DNA of 64,000 nucleotides from an uncultured cyanobacterium (GCA_963793265.1 CAWBZI010000005.1:320001-384000); one strand, 5' to 3'; shown: positions 49,371-59,955, counted from the first letter of the stretch. The notes: generated by a model from the letters alone, not told the origin. Translations and numbers: made by a program.

Positions 49371-49414
49371 CTGAGCTTCCAGCACCTTGGAAATTTAGAA
49401 AGCTCGCTAACGCT

Positions 49415-51508
49415 TTACCAAACGCGCCATTCCTCCCAATCTAAGTTGAAAATTGAAGTATTGGGGAAAGCGGTAGGATTGCCGTTTTCATTAAGTTCGC
49501 GCTGAAGCTGTTCAAGCATGGGCTCTTGCGACGGCAGGTCGTCTACCAGTTCGTAGGGGAGCACGTTGTTTCTCAGTGCGAAGTCGAGGGTTGTACCGGC
49601 TGCGGCACCGGCTGACCACTCGAAGGAATGGACGCGGTAGGCAGCGGCAGCGATGTTGCTGGTGGCGATGGTTTTGCCCGCAATCAGAAGGTTATCGATG
49701 TTTTGTGGAATCATGGCGCGCAGCGGAATTTGGCCGGGGTAGGCTTGGCCATGGGCTTTACGGATGTTCGGATATTCCATATTGCCGGGCTTTTCGTGCG
49801 GAGACTCAGTGAGGCAGGGGTGGAAGTCGATGGCGTATTGGGCGATGCCTACGGAGTCAGGGTAGATGGTGGAGCGGGTGCGACGGACAATATCGGCAGG
49901 CGGAACTTTGTCGTCTATTGCTGAGGTGGCGTTGAGTCCGGCGAGGGCGTACCAAAGTTCGCGGTAGCGGCTGGGGCCAAGTGAGGTTTGGTAGTATTCG
50001 TCGCGGTAGTCAGCCCTGGAAATGTCGATTTCGTTGACCATGAAACCGTCAGGAAAGCCGTAGCTAGGACGACCGACAATGCGGCGGGCTTCGCGAATGT
50101 AGGGGAATTTAGAGAGGCCATGGGCTGTACCCATCGGGGCATCTAGCCCGGAAATGAAGCGGTGATTGGGATTGGGTTCTTTGACGCCATCGCCAAGCTG
50201 GGAGTCGGTGTCGCCTGTGGTGAGCCAGTGGTAGTAGCTGTAGGCGTTTTCTTCGGCTTTGCGAAGAGCGTCTACGCGCAGGCCACCCATCCAGCCGCCG
50301 GGCTCTAGCTGGCCGGTAGCGGCAAGCTGATCGGCACTAAAGACGAGGTTGTCTTCGGCAGTGCCGGGACGGTAGTCGTTACCCCATGTCCAGTTTTGCA
50401 TGGAGATATCGCCGGGGGCGACTTTGGTGACGCCAAACTGTCTGCCTTCCGGGCGCGGATCGGGGGCAGCGATGCGGCGGTAGGTGAATACGTAGTCGAA
50501 GTAGTCGTTGTTGTCACGCGGGCGCTCGTAGCTGAAGTAGGGCTCGTACTGCTGGTAGTATTCGGGCTCTGGCTGGGGCTGGGGGTCGGCGGTGCGCTCC
50601 ATGCCGAAGGTGTAGGTGACGCCCTGAACACAGTAGGGATTGCGGGTTTCGGTAGGGGAGGACGGGTTGAGGTAGGAGCGTGGATCTAGGCCAAGCTGGT
50701 AGGGGATGCCAGATAGAGCGATGACTTCGCCGGTTTCGGTGGCTTCGACGACGTACCAGTCAGCGGGGCCGGTTGATTCGCCTGAAGGGGGAACGAACTG
50801 GATGATTTTTTTGGTGAACTGGTCGGAGTCTTCGTAGCTGTAGCTGTCGGTGATTGTTTCGGATAGGAGCCGGGTGTTGAGTGGAGGCGCGCCGGGAGCA
50901 GGGGTGTGTTGGATAGCGATCGCACTATCAATCATCCGACCATCTGCGCTCAGCGCTATCTCTTTAACGACCGTAGAGGGAAACCACTTAAGCTTGCCAC
51001 CGCCTTCTCTAGCTGCATCGTCGAGCATGTCTTCTAAAATAGCGTGGGCATCGCGCGGCAGGAAGCAGGAAACGCTGACCCAGCAGCCGCCGGGGTTTAA
51101 TTCGCCGTAGAAAGATTCGATGCGCTGGCGGAGGGCTTTGTAGCCTTCGGCGTAGAAGAGGAGCGATCGCTGTTTTTTCGCTTCATCTAGTGCAGAGGTG
51201 CCCTGAGAAGAAATTTGGCCGCCTACCCAGTCCGTCAGCTCCGTCATGCAAACGGTACGACCTGCGAGCAAGCTTTCATAAGCAGTTGAGGTGCCCGAGA
51301 GTCCGCCACCTACGATCAGGATTTCGCACTCTACGGTGTCGTCAATATCAACCGGAGCATCTTGCGCTACAGCCTGCCGACTGCCTAGCGGGAAAGAAGT
51401 CGCGGCGATGAGTACACTTAACGCGCCCGCAGAGGAACGACGAAAAAGACGATGTAGGAACCGAGAAGTAGCCATAGGAATGTCAGTATCAAGACGAGTT
51501 GAAATCAT
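49415..51508 (-). CDS. Exported FAD-dependent oxidoreductase (FAD_oxidored family)
   Basis: ILIVGGGLSG Rossmann motif, WVGGQISSQG, EATETGE, PYIREARRI, QIPLRAMIP..IDNLLIAGK, YRVH..EW; RR-containing signal peptide; exact start uncertain. Confidence 0.85.
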   Translation of the reverse strand: MISTRLDTDIPMATSRFLHRLFRRSSAGALSVLIAATSFPLGSRQAVAQDAPVDIDDTVECEILIVGGGLSGTSTAYESLLAGRTVCMTELTDWVGGQISSQGTSALDEAKKQRSLLFYAEGYKALRQRIESFYGELNPGGCWVSVSCFLPRDAHAILEDMLDDAAREGGGKLKWFPSTVVKEIALSADGRMIDSAIAIQHTPAPGAPPLNTRLLSETITDSYSYEDSDQFTKKIIQFVPPSGESTGPADWYVVEATETGEVIALSGIPYQLGLDPRSYLNPSSPTETRNPYCVQGVTYTFGMERTADPQPQPEPEYYQQYEPYFSYERPRDNNDYFDYVFTYRRIAAPDPRPEGRQFGVTKVAPGDISMQNWTWGNDYRPGTAEDNLVFSADQLAATGQLEPGGWMGGLRVDALRKAEENAYSYYHWLTTGDTDSQLGDGVKEPNPNHRFISGLDAPMGTAHGLSKFPYIREARRIVGRPSYGFPDGFMVNEIDISRADYRDEYYQTSLGPSRYRELWYALAGLNATSAIDDKVPPADIVRRTRSTIYPDSVGIAQYAIDFHPCLTESPHEKPGNMEYPNIRKAHGQAYPGQIPLRAMIPQNIDNLLIAGKTIATSNIAAAAYRVHSFEWSAGAAAGTTLDFALRNNVLPYELVDDLPSQEPMLEQLQRELNENGNPTAFPNTSIFNLDWEEWRVW

Positions 51509-51689
51509 TTTTCCCTAAAGCTACGCATTTGCAGTCTAGATTGACAACCCCTGGTGTATCAGTTGATCAACCATAACCAGGGGTACAGCTCGTCAAAGTG
51601 GCGCATTCCCGGTGCGGTGTAGGATGGAATTTGACTAAATTTGATGCATCGGTTGTCACAGCATCTTTGTCACGGTGGATCTCACGCAT

Positions 51690-52958
51690 ATGGCTCAAAA
51701 ACTTCTCTACATCAGCAACGGCCACGGCGAAGACAATCACTCCTCGCACATTATTCGGACGCTGCGGGCCATTCGCCCTGACTTAGATATTGCCGCACTG
51801 CCCATTGTGGGAGAAGGCAACGCCTACCGCAAAATTGACGTGCCGATTGTAGGGCCAACGTACACGCTGCCCTCAGGTGGCTTTACCTATATGAACCGGC
51901 TGCGGCTAATTGACGACATTCGCGCTGGGCTGCTGACAATGACATGGAAGCAGTATCAGGCCATGCGTGAGTATGTTGAGCAGGTAGACTTTGTAGCCGC
52001 GACGGGTGACACCATTGGTCAGGCGTTTGCTTTGCTTAGTGGCAAACCGTTTGTGTCTTTTATTTCGCCACTCTCAGCGATGTACGAAGGCAAGCTGAAT
52101 ATGGATCTGATTTTGTGGCAGATTTTGAAGTCGCCGCGATGTAAGGCGGTGGCGACGCGCGATGCCTATACGGCTGAAGATTTGCGCAGGCAAGGATTAG
52201 AGAAAGTGACCTTTGGTGGGATTCCTTCTTTAGATCGGCTGAAGCCTGCGGGCAAGGATATTCAGCTAAGCGAGGGTGAAAAAATGGTGGCGCTACTGCC
52301 GGGGTCGCGAACGGCAGAGGCGGTGAGGAACTTTAAGCTGGAGATGCAGTTGGCGCTAGAAGCCGGGCAGTTGAATGCGGCGATTAAGTTTAGGGCGGCG
52401 CTGGTGCCGAGTGTGATGGCTGAGGTGGCGGCGATCGCATCAGCCCAAGGCTGGCAGTATGAACAGCACAGGCGAGAAGACGGAACGCCCTGGGTCAAGC
52501 TCAGCCACGAGCCCACAGACGAGTATGCAAACCCGGTAGACATTCTTTGCTACAGCGATGCTTTTAGCGATATTGCCTGCCGTACGACGCTTGTGGTGGG
52601 TATGGCGGGGCTAGCGGTGGATCAGGCGATGGCGATCGGGAAGCCGATTGTGCAGATTGCCGGGGAGGGGCCGCAGTTTACCTATGCGTTTGCAGAGGCG
52701 CAGGATCGACTGTTGGGGCTGTCGGTGCAGACGATTGGGAAGCAGGCCGCGACGCCCGCGATTTTGAAAGAGGCGGCTGAGTGTGTGGTGAGGACGATTG
52801 AAGATACTGGTTATTTAGAGAAGTGTGTGGAGAATGGGCTGGCAAGGTTTGGGCCGTTTGGGGCGTCGGCGAGGATTGCGAATTTGATTTTGAAGAATAT
52901 GGATGAGGCGATAAAGGCGGTGGGTAGTGAGGAGTTGGCAATCGGAACCCACCCCTAG
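51690..52958 (+). CDS. Lipid-A-disaccharide synthase (LpxB)-related glycosyltransferase (TIGR03492-like)
   Basis: KLLYISNGHGED, LPIVGEG.AY, LPSGGF, ALLPGSR..EA, VGMAG, GKP, GPQFTYAFAEAQ.RLLG. Confidence 0.85.
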   Translation: MAQKLLYISNGHGEDNHSSHIIRTLRAIRPDLDIAALPIVGEGNAYRKIDVPIVGPTYTLPSGGFTYMNRLRLIDDIRAGLLTMTWKQYQAMREYVEQVDFVAATGDTIGQAFALLSGKPFVSFISPLSAMYEGKLNMDLILWQILKSPRCKAVATRDAYTAEDLRRQGLEKVTFGGIPSLDRLKPAGKDIQLSEGEKMVALLPGSRTAEAVRNFKLEMQLALEAGQLNAAIKFRAALVPSVMAEVAAIASAQGWQYEQHRREDGTPWVKLSHEPTDEYANPVDILCYSDAFSDIACRTTLVVGMAGLAVDQAMAIGKPIVQIAGEGPQFTYAFAEAQDRLLGLSVQTIGKQAATPAILKEAAECVVRTIEDTGYLEKCVENGLARFGPFGASARIANLILKNMDEAIKAVGSEELAIGTHP

Positions 52959-52974
52959 CCCCTCCAGAGGGGAT
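52946..52974. repeat. Cyanobacterial short dispersed repeat-like hairpin that supplies the gene's stop codon
   Basis: AACCCACCCCTAGCCCCTCCAGAGGGGAT (CCCCTC/GAGGGG stem); its TAG ends the LpxB-like ORF. Confidence 0.45.
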
Positions 52975-53075
52975 TTACTTCGGGCTGTGGTGGTTGAAGC
53001 GATCGCCCCAGCCTCAAAACTTTCTATCCTTGATAGAGCGTCAGTTGGCCACGAGCGTTATTTGAGAAAATTGTT

Positions 53076-54830
53076 GTGGAAAAGCCTGTTAAAAACCGTT
53101 CTAGCTATCGCTATCTTTGGCCTTTTTTGCAGGTAGAGTGGCTGCTGTTTATTAAGACATTTGCCTGTGTATTGGGCTATGTAGCAACCGTTTTAATTCT
53201 GCCTGGATTGGTTGGCAACATTACTGATTACATCGCTGCTGGAGACGTTCGTCAAACCGCCTATTGGCTGGGGCTTGCAGCTATTGACTTTACGGTTCAA
53301 AACATCTTTTTGTATGGCGAGAAGGTAAACGCGATTGGCGCTGCGCAAAATGTAGTGCTGGCCGTACGCAAACGGGTCTATGCAAGCCTGCATAAGATGG
53401 ATATTGACTACTTTGCCAGGGCACAAACCGGCGATTTAGCCTATCGAATTACTGAAGATATTGATAAAGTTGGTGAGGTTGTCACCAAAATGTCTCAGCA
53501 GTTTATCTCGTGCGTTCTACAGATTATAGGTCTAGCCGTTTATATCTTCTTACTAAACTGGAAGCTATCTTTAACCGGCATCATTGTTGCGCCACTGATG
53601 GCTTTGCTAATCAGCTACTTTGGCCAAAGGCAGCTATCACTCTCTCGCCGCAATCAAAACGAAATCTCCAACTTATCTTCTCTCTTGACAGAAGTATTCG
53701 GCAGCATCCGCATAGTGCAAGCCTTTGCCGCTCAGGACTACGAAGTTAAAAGATTTTCACAGGAGGCTGAGAACAACAGAGATGCAAAATACCGGACAGA
53801 GCACCTTACGGCCATTCAATATCCAGTATTGGGCTTTTTTGAAGCACTGTGCATCATGCTGTTGTTTTTGGTAGGGGCCTGGCAGATTTCTGTGGGTGCT
53901 TTGACCGGAGCGGGATTTATCAAGTTCCTCACAGCAGTGGTGCTACTCATTTCTCCCATCGACTTAGCGACGCAGCACTACAACCTGTTCAAGCAAACAG
54001 AGGCGTCTGCTGAGCGCATTTTTGAGCTGATGAATTTGCAGCCGACTTTGGTAGAAAGGTCGGATGCGATCGCCCTCCCCCCCATTACCGGTAAAGTAGA
54101 CTACCAGGGCGTCAGCTTCGGCTATCAATCAGAAGAAAGCAGCACCTTAAAGCTCACCCTCACCGATCTTAATTTGATGGTGACACCTGGCGAAGTCGTA
54201 GCTCTAGTTGGCCCATCCGGTGCAGGCAAAACGACGATTGTGAATCTTCTCACTCGCTTTTACGATCCACAAGTCGGGCAAATACTGGTCGATGGCATCG
54301 ACATTAAAACAGTGACAATTCGAAGTTTGCGCCATCAAATCGGCATCGTACCGCAGGAAACGACGCTTTTTTCAGGCACGATCGCGCAGAATATTGCCTA
54401 CGGCCAAACAGAGCTAGACTACGGCGCGATTGAGGCGGCGGCGAAAGTTGCGAACGCGCATGAGTTTATTAGTCAGTTTTCGCAGGGCTATCACACCTGG
54501 GTCGGAGAAAGAGGGACTAATTTTTCGGGCGGGCAACGGCAGAGAATTGCGATCGCCCGCGCCATTCTCCTTAATCCCCGCATTCTCATCCTCGACGAAG
54601 CCACTAGCGCCCTAGACCCTGAATCAGAAGCCCTTGTACAAGAAGCTCTAGAGCGCGCCATGAAAAATAGAACCGTGTTCATCATTGCGCACAGGCTCAG
54701 CACCGTTCGTCAGGCCGACCGCATTTTGTTTTTAGAGAAAGGCAGAATCTTAGAGTCGGGCACCCACCCTGAACTGCTCGCACAAGGCGGGCGATACGCG
54801 CAGTTTTATACGCAGCAGTTTGAAGGGTAG
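53076..54830 (+). CDS. MsbA-like ABC exporter (fused TMD-NBD)
   Basis: Six-TM ABC_membrane region, GPSGAGKT, FSGGQRQRIAIARA, ILDEATSALD, IAHRLST. Confidence 0.93.
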   Translation: MEKPVKNRSSYRYLWPFLQVEWLLFIKTFACVLGYVATVLILPGLVGNITDYIAAGDVRQTAYWLGLAAIDFTVQNIFLYGEKVNAIGAAQNVVLAVRKRVYASLHKMDIDYFARAQTGDLAYRITEDIDKVGEVVTKMSQQFISCVLQIIGLAVYIFLLNWKLSLTGIIVAPLMALLISYFGQRQLSLSRRNQNEISNLSSLLTEVFGSIRIVQAFAAQDYEVKRFSQEAENNRDAKYRTEHLTAIQYPVLGFFEALCIMLLFLVGAWQISVGALTGAGFIKFLTAVVLLISPIDLATQHYNLFKQTEASAERIFELMNLQPTLVERSDAIALPPITGKVDYQGVSFGYQSEESSTLKLTLTDLNLMVTPGEVVALVGPSGAGKTTIVNLLTRFYDPQVGQILVDGIDIKTVTIRSLRHQIGIVPQETTLFSGTIAQNIAYGQTELDYGAIEAAAKVANAHEFISQFSQGYHTWVGERGTNFSGGQRQRIAIARAILLNPRILILDEATSALDPESEALVQEALERAMKNRTVFIIAHRLSTVRQADRILFLEKGRILESGTHPELLAQGGRYAQFYTQQFEG

Positions 54831-54981
54831 CAGGCGAGTAGACAAAAGAAAACCGACGTTGCATCATGCGGCTAGACACTGGGGCAACGTCGGAACAAGG
54901 TGTGAGGAGCTTATCACTCCTGTTATTTATGGTGAAGGGTGGGTGTGACTTTTATATGACAGACGTATGAAATTAGCGTGA

Positions 54982-55845
54982 CTAATGCAGCATCTTAAAT
55001 AGGGTAAAGCCCGCTAAGAGCAAATCAATGCTGAATAGGGCAACCCAGGCCGTGACGACCGCAGCAGTAGCCGATTCACCGACACCGCGCCCGTGCAGCG
55101 CCGCCGTCAGCCCTCGGCTACAGCTCGCAACGGCAATGACGCCACCAAACAAAATGGCTTTGGAGATAATCACGATTACGTCTGTCACACTCAGATAAAG
55201 GCGCACACCGTCTAAAAAGCTAGTCACAGAGAGATCGTAGACATTGGTCGTGATGATACTGCCGCCCGCTACGCCACAAAATAGCGCGAGCACGGTCAAA
55301 ATTGGCAGCATGATACCGCAGGCAATCACCCGAGGCATTACTAAGTAATCAATCGGATCGGTACGAAGCATTTTCAGCGCATCGATTTGCTGCGTTAGCT
55401 TCATCGTTGCAATCTCAGCGGCAAAAGCCGAGCCGACCTGACAGGCCAGCACGCCCGCCGTAAGCAGTGGCGCTAGCTCCCGACAGTAAGCAGCGGCAAA
55501 CACTCCACCCAAAGAGCCCATCGAGCCAAACCGCGCCATCTCACGCGCTGACTGAATTGCAAAAATAATGCCCGCAGCGACGTTAGTCAGCACGACCGGC
55601 GCTAAGCAACGCGGCCCGGCGCTCATCAGGTGATCCATAATCTGGCGCTGCCCCCAACGTCCGCGCAAAAGCCGGTGCATCACCTGCCCCGCCAGCAAAA
55701 CGGCTCTCAGGCTGTGATAGATCGGATTGTCCGCTTCTTCACCAGGAGGCCGACGCCCTAGCCGAGGATGGGGCAAGTTGCCATGGGCGGAACGTCTCAA
55801 CAGCTTGGAAAGTCTGTTAGAAATGAGTTCATCAGCTTTAGTCAT
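54982..55845 (-). CDS. mlaE: MlaE/Ycf63 family lipid ABC permease
   Basis: RELAPLLTA, VGSAFAAEIATMK.TQQIDAL..L.TDP.DYLV.PRV.A, GVGESAT.AVV; start uncertain. Confidence 0.85.
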   Translation of the reverse strand: MTKADELISNRLSKLLRRSAHGNLPHPRLGRRPPGEEADNPIYHSLRAVLLAGQVMHRLLRGRWGQRQIMDHLMSAGPRCLAPVVLTNVAAGIIFAIQSAREMARFGSMGSLGGVFAAAYCRELAPLLTAGVLACQVGSAFAAEIATMKLTQQIDALKMLRTDPIDYLVMPRVIACGIMLPILTVLALFCGVAGGSIITTNVYDLSVTSFLDGVRLYLSVTDVIVIISKAILFGGVIAVASCSRGLTAALHGRGVGESATAAVVTAWVALFSIDLLLAGFTLFKMLH

Positions 55846-56281
55846 TAAAACGAACACGCTCCTCTGCGATGCCAACCTTAGCCACTAATGTTACTACTGC
55901 GAGTATTACTAAAAAGTGCATGAAGTAGCCCGTACTCGTTATCTATATCTTAGAGAACCCTACACACCTGCACTCATCAAAAGTTCGACCCCTTACCCAG
56001 TGGGAGAAAAGCGCCGACAGAAGCACAGAGATGTAGCCATATAGGTATACCTTCTCTATGCTTCCCTTTGCATTCTTCAGAGTCAAAATACTTGATGGTA
56101 GCTGCTTAAAAAGTTGCCTGCGGCTAACTGTACTATCAGAGGCACTAGAGGTGCTGATATCAACCTATCGTACTAAGTTGAATTAATTAGTTGCTTATGC
56201 ACTACTTTTATAGTACATTTGTACCAAGAACGAAAAAGAACCGCTTTTCGGTACTTTTACGCTTTGATTGCGTTTTTGGTT

Positions 56282-57400
56282 ATGAAACACACTGATATGG
56301 AACTTCAGGCTATTCGAGAAAAACTACAGATGCTTCAAGCAGAGCCTCCGGCTGCGGAGACGCTCACAATCCCGTGGTCAGCAGCGAAAGCTGAGACTAG
56401 CACCGAAGTAAACGCTAGCGAGAGCCCACAAGTAATAGCCATCGAAACCCTTAAGCAGCGATCGCGTGGCGGTGATCAGGCTGACAAGGCTCGAATGGAC
56501 TACTTAGTCTTGCAAGAGCTGTCTCGAATAGAAGCGCAGGCCAGCCATATTAATGAGCGATCGCAGCAGCAGGCCAGAGATATCATGGCGCTGAAGCGTT
56601 CGGCTCAGGCGGCAGCGGTAGGGCTGCGGCGACAGGGCATTCATGACCACCCGCAGCTTGCAGCTATCACCCAGTTTTTAGATCGCTATGAGTCTGCATC
56701 TGTTCCCCATATCGAGCGCAATGAGCAGGGCCTTTTCGATCTCTTTTACAACACGATTGACTTTCACCAGGCAGAGCATGAAGCAATAGATACTGCTAAT
56801 GCTTTGCGCAGTCGTAGGCGCATTTATCAAACACTGCCTTTCACACAGCCTATCAAATCTAGTACTGCAGATCTATCTCTAGCAGAGCCTAGCGTTAGCG
56901 ATCACAGCGACAAAGAAGCCTCTAAAGACAAGCAGTCCAGACACACAGGAAACAAGCTAGGCCAATCGATTCCGACTTCGAGCGCATGGATTAAAGCAAC
57001 CTTTGAGGGTGTTATGAGTACCGTCAATTCACGAAGTTTCAATCCGATTGGAAAAATGACTAAGAGTAGACGACACAGACGTAGACGACCTGTGCCCATA
57101 CCGCCGGGTGAAGCGTTTAGCGCTGATTCATCAGTAGGTCACTATCCGGGTAACGCCTATAGCAGTCAATTCACCTGGCTAGACGGCACTATTTGGTTCA
57201 GTGGAGCAGCGATCGCTCGCATCATTGTTCAATCTTTGCTGTCTGGGTTCCCCATGGTTGAGACAGCCCTGCTTGTTGGCCTTATTAGCGTTATTGCCTT
57301 TGCCCTCTACCGAGTGGTCATCGAAAAATCTCCTAATTATACGCTGGTGTATCGGCTATGTATTGGCATGATGGGATTGTTCTTAGGCGGTTTGTTTTAG
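56282..57400 (+). CDS. Hypothetical protein (coiled-coil N-terminus, C-terminal TM helices)
   Basis: Long ORF, ATG at 56282; hydrophobic C-terminus (WFSGAAIARI...LLVGLISVIAFALY...LCIGMMGLFLGGLF). Confidence 0.7.
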   Translation: MKHTDMELQAIREKLQMLQAEPPAAETLTIPWSAAKAETSTEVNASESPQVIAIETLKQRSRGGDQADKARMDYLVLQELSRIEAQASHINERSQQQARDIMALKRSAQAAAVGLRRQGIHDHPQLAAITQFLDRYESASVPHIERNEQGLFDLFYNTIDFHQAEHEAIDTANALRSRRRIYQTLPFTQPIKSSTADLSLAEPSVSDHSDKEASKDKQSRHTGNKLGQSIPTSSAWIKATFEGVMSTVNSRSFNPIGKMTKSRRHRRRRPVPIPPGEAFSADSSVGHYPGNAYSSQFTWLDGTIWFSGAAIARIIVQSLLSGFPMVETALLVGLISVIAFALYRVVIEKSPNYTLVYRLCIGMMGLFLGGLF

Positions 57401-57457
57401 CATCAGAAAAATTCAACAAAAATTCAACAATATATAATTTAAGAAGGAGGTTCTCAT

Positions 57458-57901
57458 ATGGCTATATCTAGCTCTGTTCAAGATTCTATTAAGCCGCTGA
57501 TTAAGCCTTTGCTAGCTGGCGGCCTCATGTTCTCACTGATCACTATCTTGCTAGACATCAACGGCGCTAAATCGCTGTTCAACAATCCTGCTTTGTTTGC
57601 TAACTTTTCTGTGCAAAAGAGTTCGATGGAGTCTCTGGCAAAGTCTTGTGAAGGCACTATCAATAAAACGGCTCAGCTTTCGCGAGAGCAGCTACTACAG
57701 CTATTAGCCGTACCCGAGCGCAGCAGCGCGTCGAAAGCGCGTCAAATTCTAAAAGAGCCTTACTGTCAGCTTTCTACACTACAGGTTCGGGCTGGTGCAG
57801 CGTCGCAAAGAGAGGCTTATCCTCTCGCTTTTGACCCGACAACCGCGCTGGTGATCCTTTATGAGAACGATGAATATGCAGGCTATCGTTTTAAGTACTA
57901 A
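57458..57901 (+). CDS. Hypothetical membrane-anchored protein
   Basis: AAGGAGG SD; N-terminal TM; LSREQL..LL.VPER...PYC.L...REAYPLAFDP.T.LVILYE.DEYAGY core. Confidence 0.8.
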   Translation: MAISSSVQDSIKPLIKPLLAGGLMFSLITILLDINGAKSLFNNPALFANFSVQKSSMESLAKSCEGTINKTAQLSREQLLQLLAVPERSSASKARQILKEPYCQLSTLQVRAGAASQREAYPLAFDPTTALVILYENDEYAGYRFKY

Positions 57902-57917
57902 TTTGTCTGAGGTGCCA

Positions 57918-58385
57918 ATGGGTTTGTGGCGATCGCGACATCTCATCAGCACCTTCTCTCTGCTGGTTATCAGCGTTTTGCTCAGTAGTTGCAAAGCCAG
58001 ATTAGACCCAGCAGTAAGATCTATCACGCTTCAGCAGCATTGGGCGTTGAACCCTGGTGATGAAATCGCCGGTAGTGCTGTAACCGGCAGCTTAGGCGAT
58101 ATCTCATTACAGCTAAAGAAGAACAAAATAGAAGCACCTTTCGACGGCGAGCTTGAGCCCAGTGCTATCGAGCAGTGCGCGCTGTATTCTACCCCAGAAA
58201 TTCCAGCCTACCTATTTAGATTGTGTGGGCTTAAAAGCTTCACCTATGGCACTGTGAAAGCTGGTAAGCCAATGGGGAAAGGAGACTATCTAAGCTTTGC
58301 CACGCTAAGACGACAGCCTGACGGCACCTGGACAATTGTAGAACCGGCTGAAAGCGTTTTGGAAAAAGTACTCGGCGCGAGCTGA
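57918..58385 (+). CDS. Hypothetical lipoprotein
   Basis: GAGG SD, ATG at 57918, lipobox LSSC; GSLGDIS...APFDG...PAYLFRLCGL...ATLRRQPDGTW..VEP. Confidence 0.75.
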   Translation: MGLWRSRHLISTFSLLVISVLLSSCKARLDPAVRSITLQQHWALNPGDEIAGSAVTGSLGDISLQLKKNKIEAPFDGELEPSAIEQCALYSTPEIPAYLFRLCGLKSFTYGTVKAGKPMGKGDYLSFATLRRQPDGTWTIVEPAESVLEKVLGAS

Positions 58386-58433
58386 GCTGATACAAATTGT
58401 TTTATCTATTCAAACCTCACCTTATACAGGACG

Positions 58434-59903
58434 ATGTTGAAATTCCCCCTGCTTTTTTCAGTTAGTTTAGTGGCCTTGTTTGGCTGGATAAATCCTGCTA
58501 AGGCAAAAGGAGAACCCATGGGACTTAACTTTGCCTTACCGCCTGCGGGAGAAGTATCAACTGACCAGGAGCCTACTGTTCAGGAACTAACCGTGCCAGA
58601 GTCAACTGTTCAGGCGGTTGACTTGGTACGGGTCAGTGAGACGCTGCCGCCTTTGATGAACATAGCGCAGGTAAAAGAAGCAGAAGTTAAGGTTGTAGAT
58701 GTTGCATCAGAAGTCTTTGAGGTAGAGGAACCTACAGAGATAAAAAAGATTGGCTTACAGTTCTCTGAAGACTCGCTACAGATGCCGGTAGAACAAAAAG
58801 AAGAACAAACGGCTTCTTTGTTCGAAGACGGTACTTTTATAGGGCTCTCTTTTGGTGAGGATTTGGTTTCGAGGGATAGAACTTTGGAAGCAGATAGGGC
58901 GATCGCAACACCCATCACGAGCCAAGAAGCTTGGACTGGGTTAGACGATTGGATCTTTGAAGGGGGATCGCGATCGCTCGTCGCCCATACGGTCGGCAGC
59001 GCTGAAGGCACCAGGCGGTGGAATGGCGATCGCACTCAAGCCTACTACGGTCATGTTGATCCGGGTAATGGCGTGTGGAACTTAGGCACATTTTCTTATC
59101 AGCACGGGGCCAAATCGCCAGAAGAAGCTGACGAAAAGCAGATCAGGCGGCTTAAGTCTCAGAGCTTTGAGCTAGTAGAAAAGGCCGATCAGCAGGGACT
59201 AAAGCTCTCTTTGACTGAGAAACTAAACGGGATAGACCTAGCAAATCAGGCTCCGGTGGCCGCACTAGGAAAAGGCGGCTATGTGGAGCGGCTGGCAGAA
59301 GCTTATGAGTCCAATATGCATGGGGAGGAGGCGATCGCCTTTGCTAGAACTAAAGCCTATATCGACCCCGATACGAAGCGATGGGATGCGCCTGGCCTTG
59401 GTAACAATCTGTACAGCATTCGTCAAGATCAGCAGCGGCGGATGTCGGCAATTGATAGTGCCTTGCAAGCTTATGAGCGGGCTGGGAGCGATCGCCTAGC
59501 GGTATCGAATCTGGAGCGCATCAGCGTAGAAAGCTCTAATCCAAGCGAGATGGCAGTACTCAACGAAGATAGCGTAGCCGTAACATTCGCACTGCCGCCT
59601 GCACCTGCGGTCACGTCAGAACCAAGCACTTTAGAGCCAGTTGTAGCGACAGAGGGTGGTGCCCTAGACGACATTGGAGAAACGAGCCTATCGGATTCGA
59701 TACCTGAACCAGTTAGTGAAGCTGCTGAAAGTGAAGCAATTAACCGCGAGGCGGCTACACCTAGCCGGTTAAGCGAGCTGAGAGCTTCAGTACTCAAGCC
59801 GGTCGAGCCCGCAGCTCGTGAGCTTGTAGCGGACTCAAACGCTGACTGGTCACGGACAGAAGACAAAATAGTCAACAAAAATGAGTCAATAGACAATTTC
59901 TGA
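58434..59903 (+). CDS. Exported protein with a conserved central domain (putative lysozyme-like) and acidic flanks
   Basis: Signal peptide (AKA); core VGSAEGT...AYYGHVDPGNG.WNLGTFSYQHG...DLANQAP...WDAPGLGN...DQ.RR. Confidence 0.7.
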   Translation: MLKFPLLFSVSLVALFGWINPAKAKGEPMGLNFALPPAGEVSTDQEPTVQELTVPESTVQAVDLVRVSETLPPLMNIAQVKEAEVKVVDVASEVFEVEEPTEIKKIGLQFSEDSLQMPVEQKEEQTASLFEDGTFIGLSFGEDLVSRDRTLEADRAIATPITSQEAWTGLDDWIFEGGSRSLVAHTVGSAEGTRRWNGDRTQAYYGHVDPGNGVWNLGTFSYQHGAKSPEEADEKQIRRLKSQSFELVEKADQQGLKLSLTEKLNGIDLANQAPVAALGKGGYVERLAEAYESNMHGEEAIAFARTKAYIDPDTKRWDAPGLGNNLYSIRQDQQRRMSAIDSALQAYERAGSDRLAVSNLERISVESSNPSEMAVLNEDSVAVTFALPPAPAVTSEPSTLEPVVATEGGALDDIGETSLSDSIPEPVSEAAESEAINREAATPSRLSELRASVLKPVEPAARELVADSNADWSRTEDKIVNKNESIDNF

Positions 59904-59955
59904 ATGTTCGAGCTAAAGTGGTAGTGACTATGGATAACAAACTGCGCCGCATACC

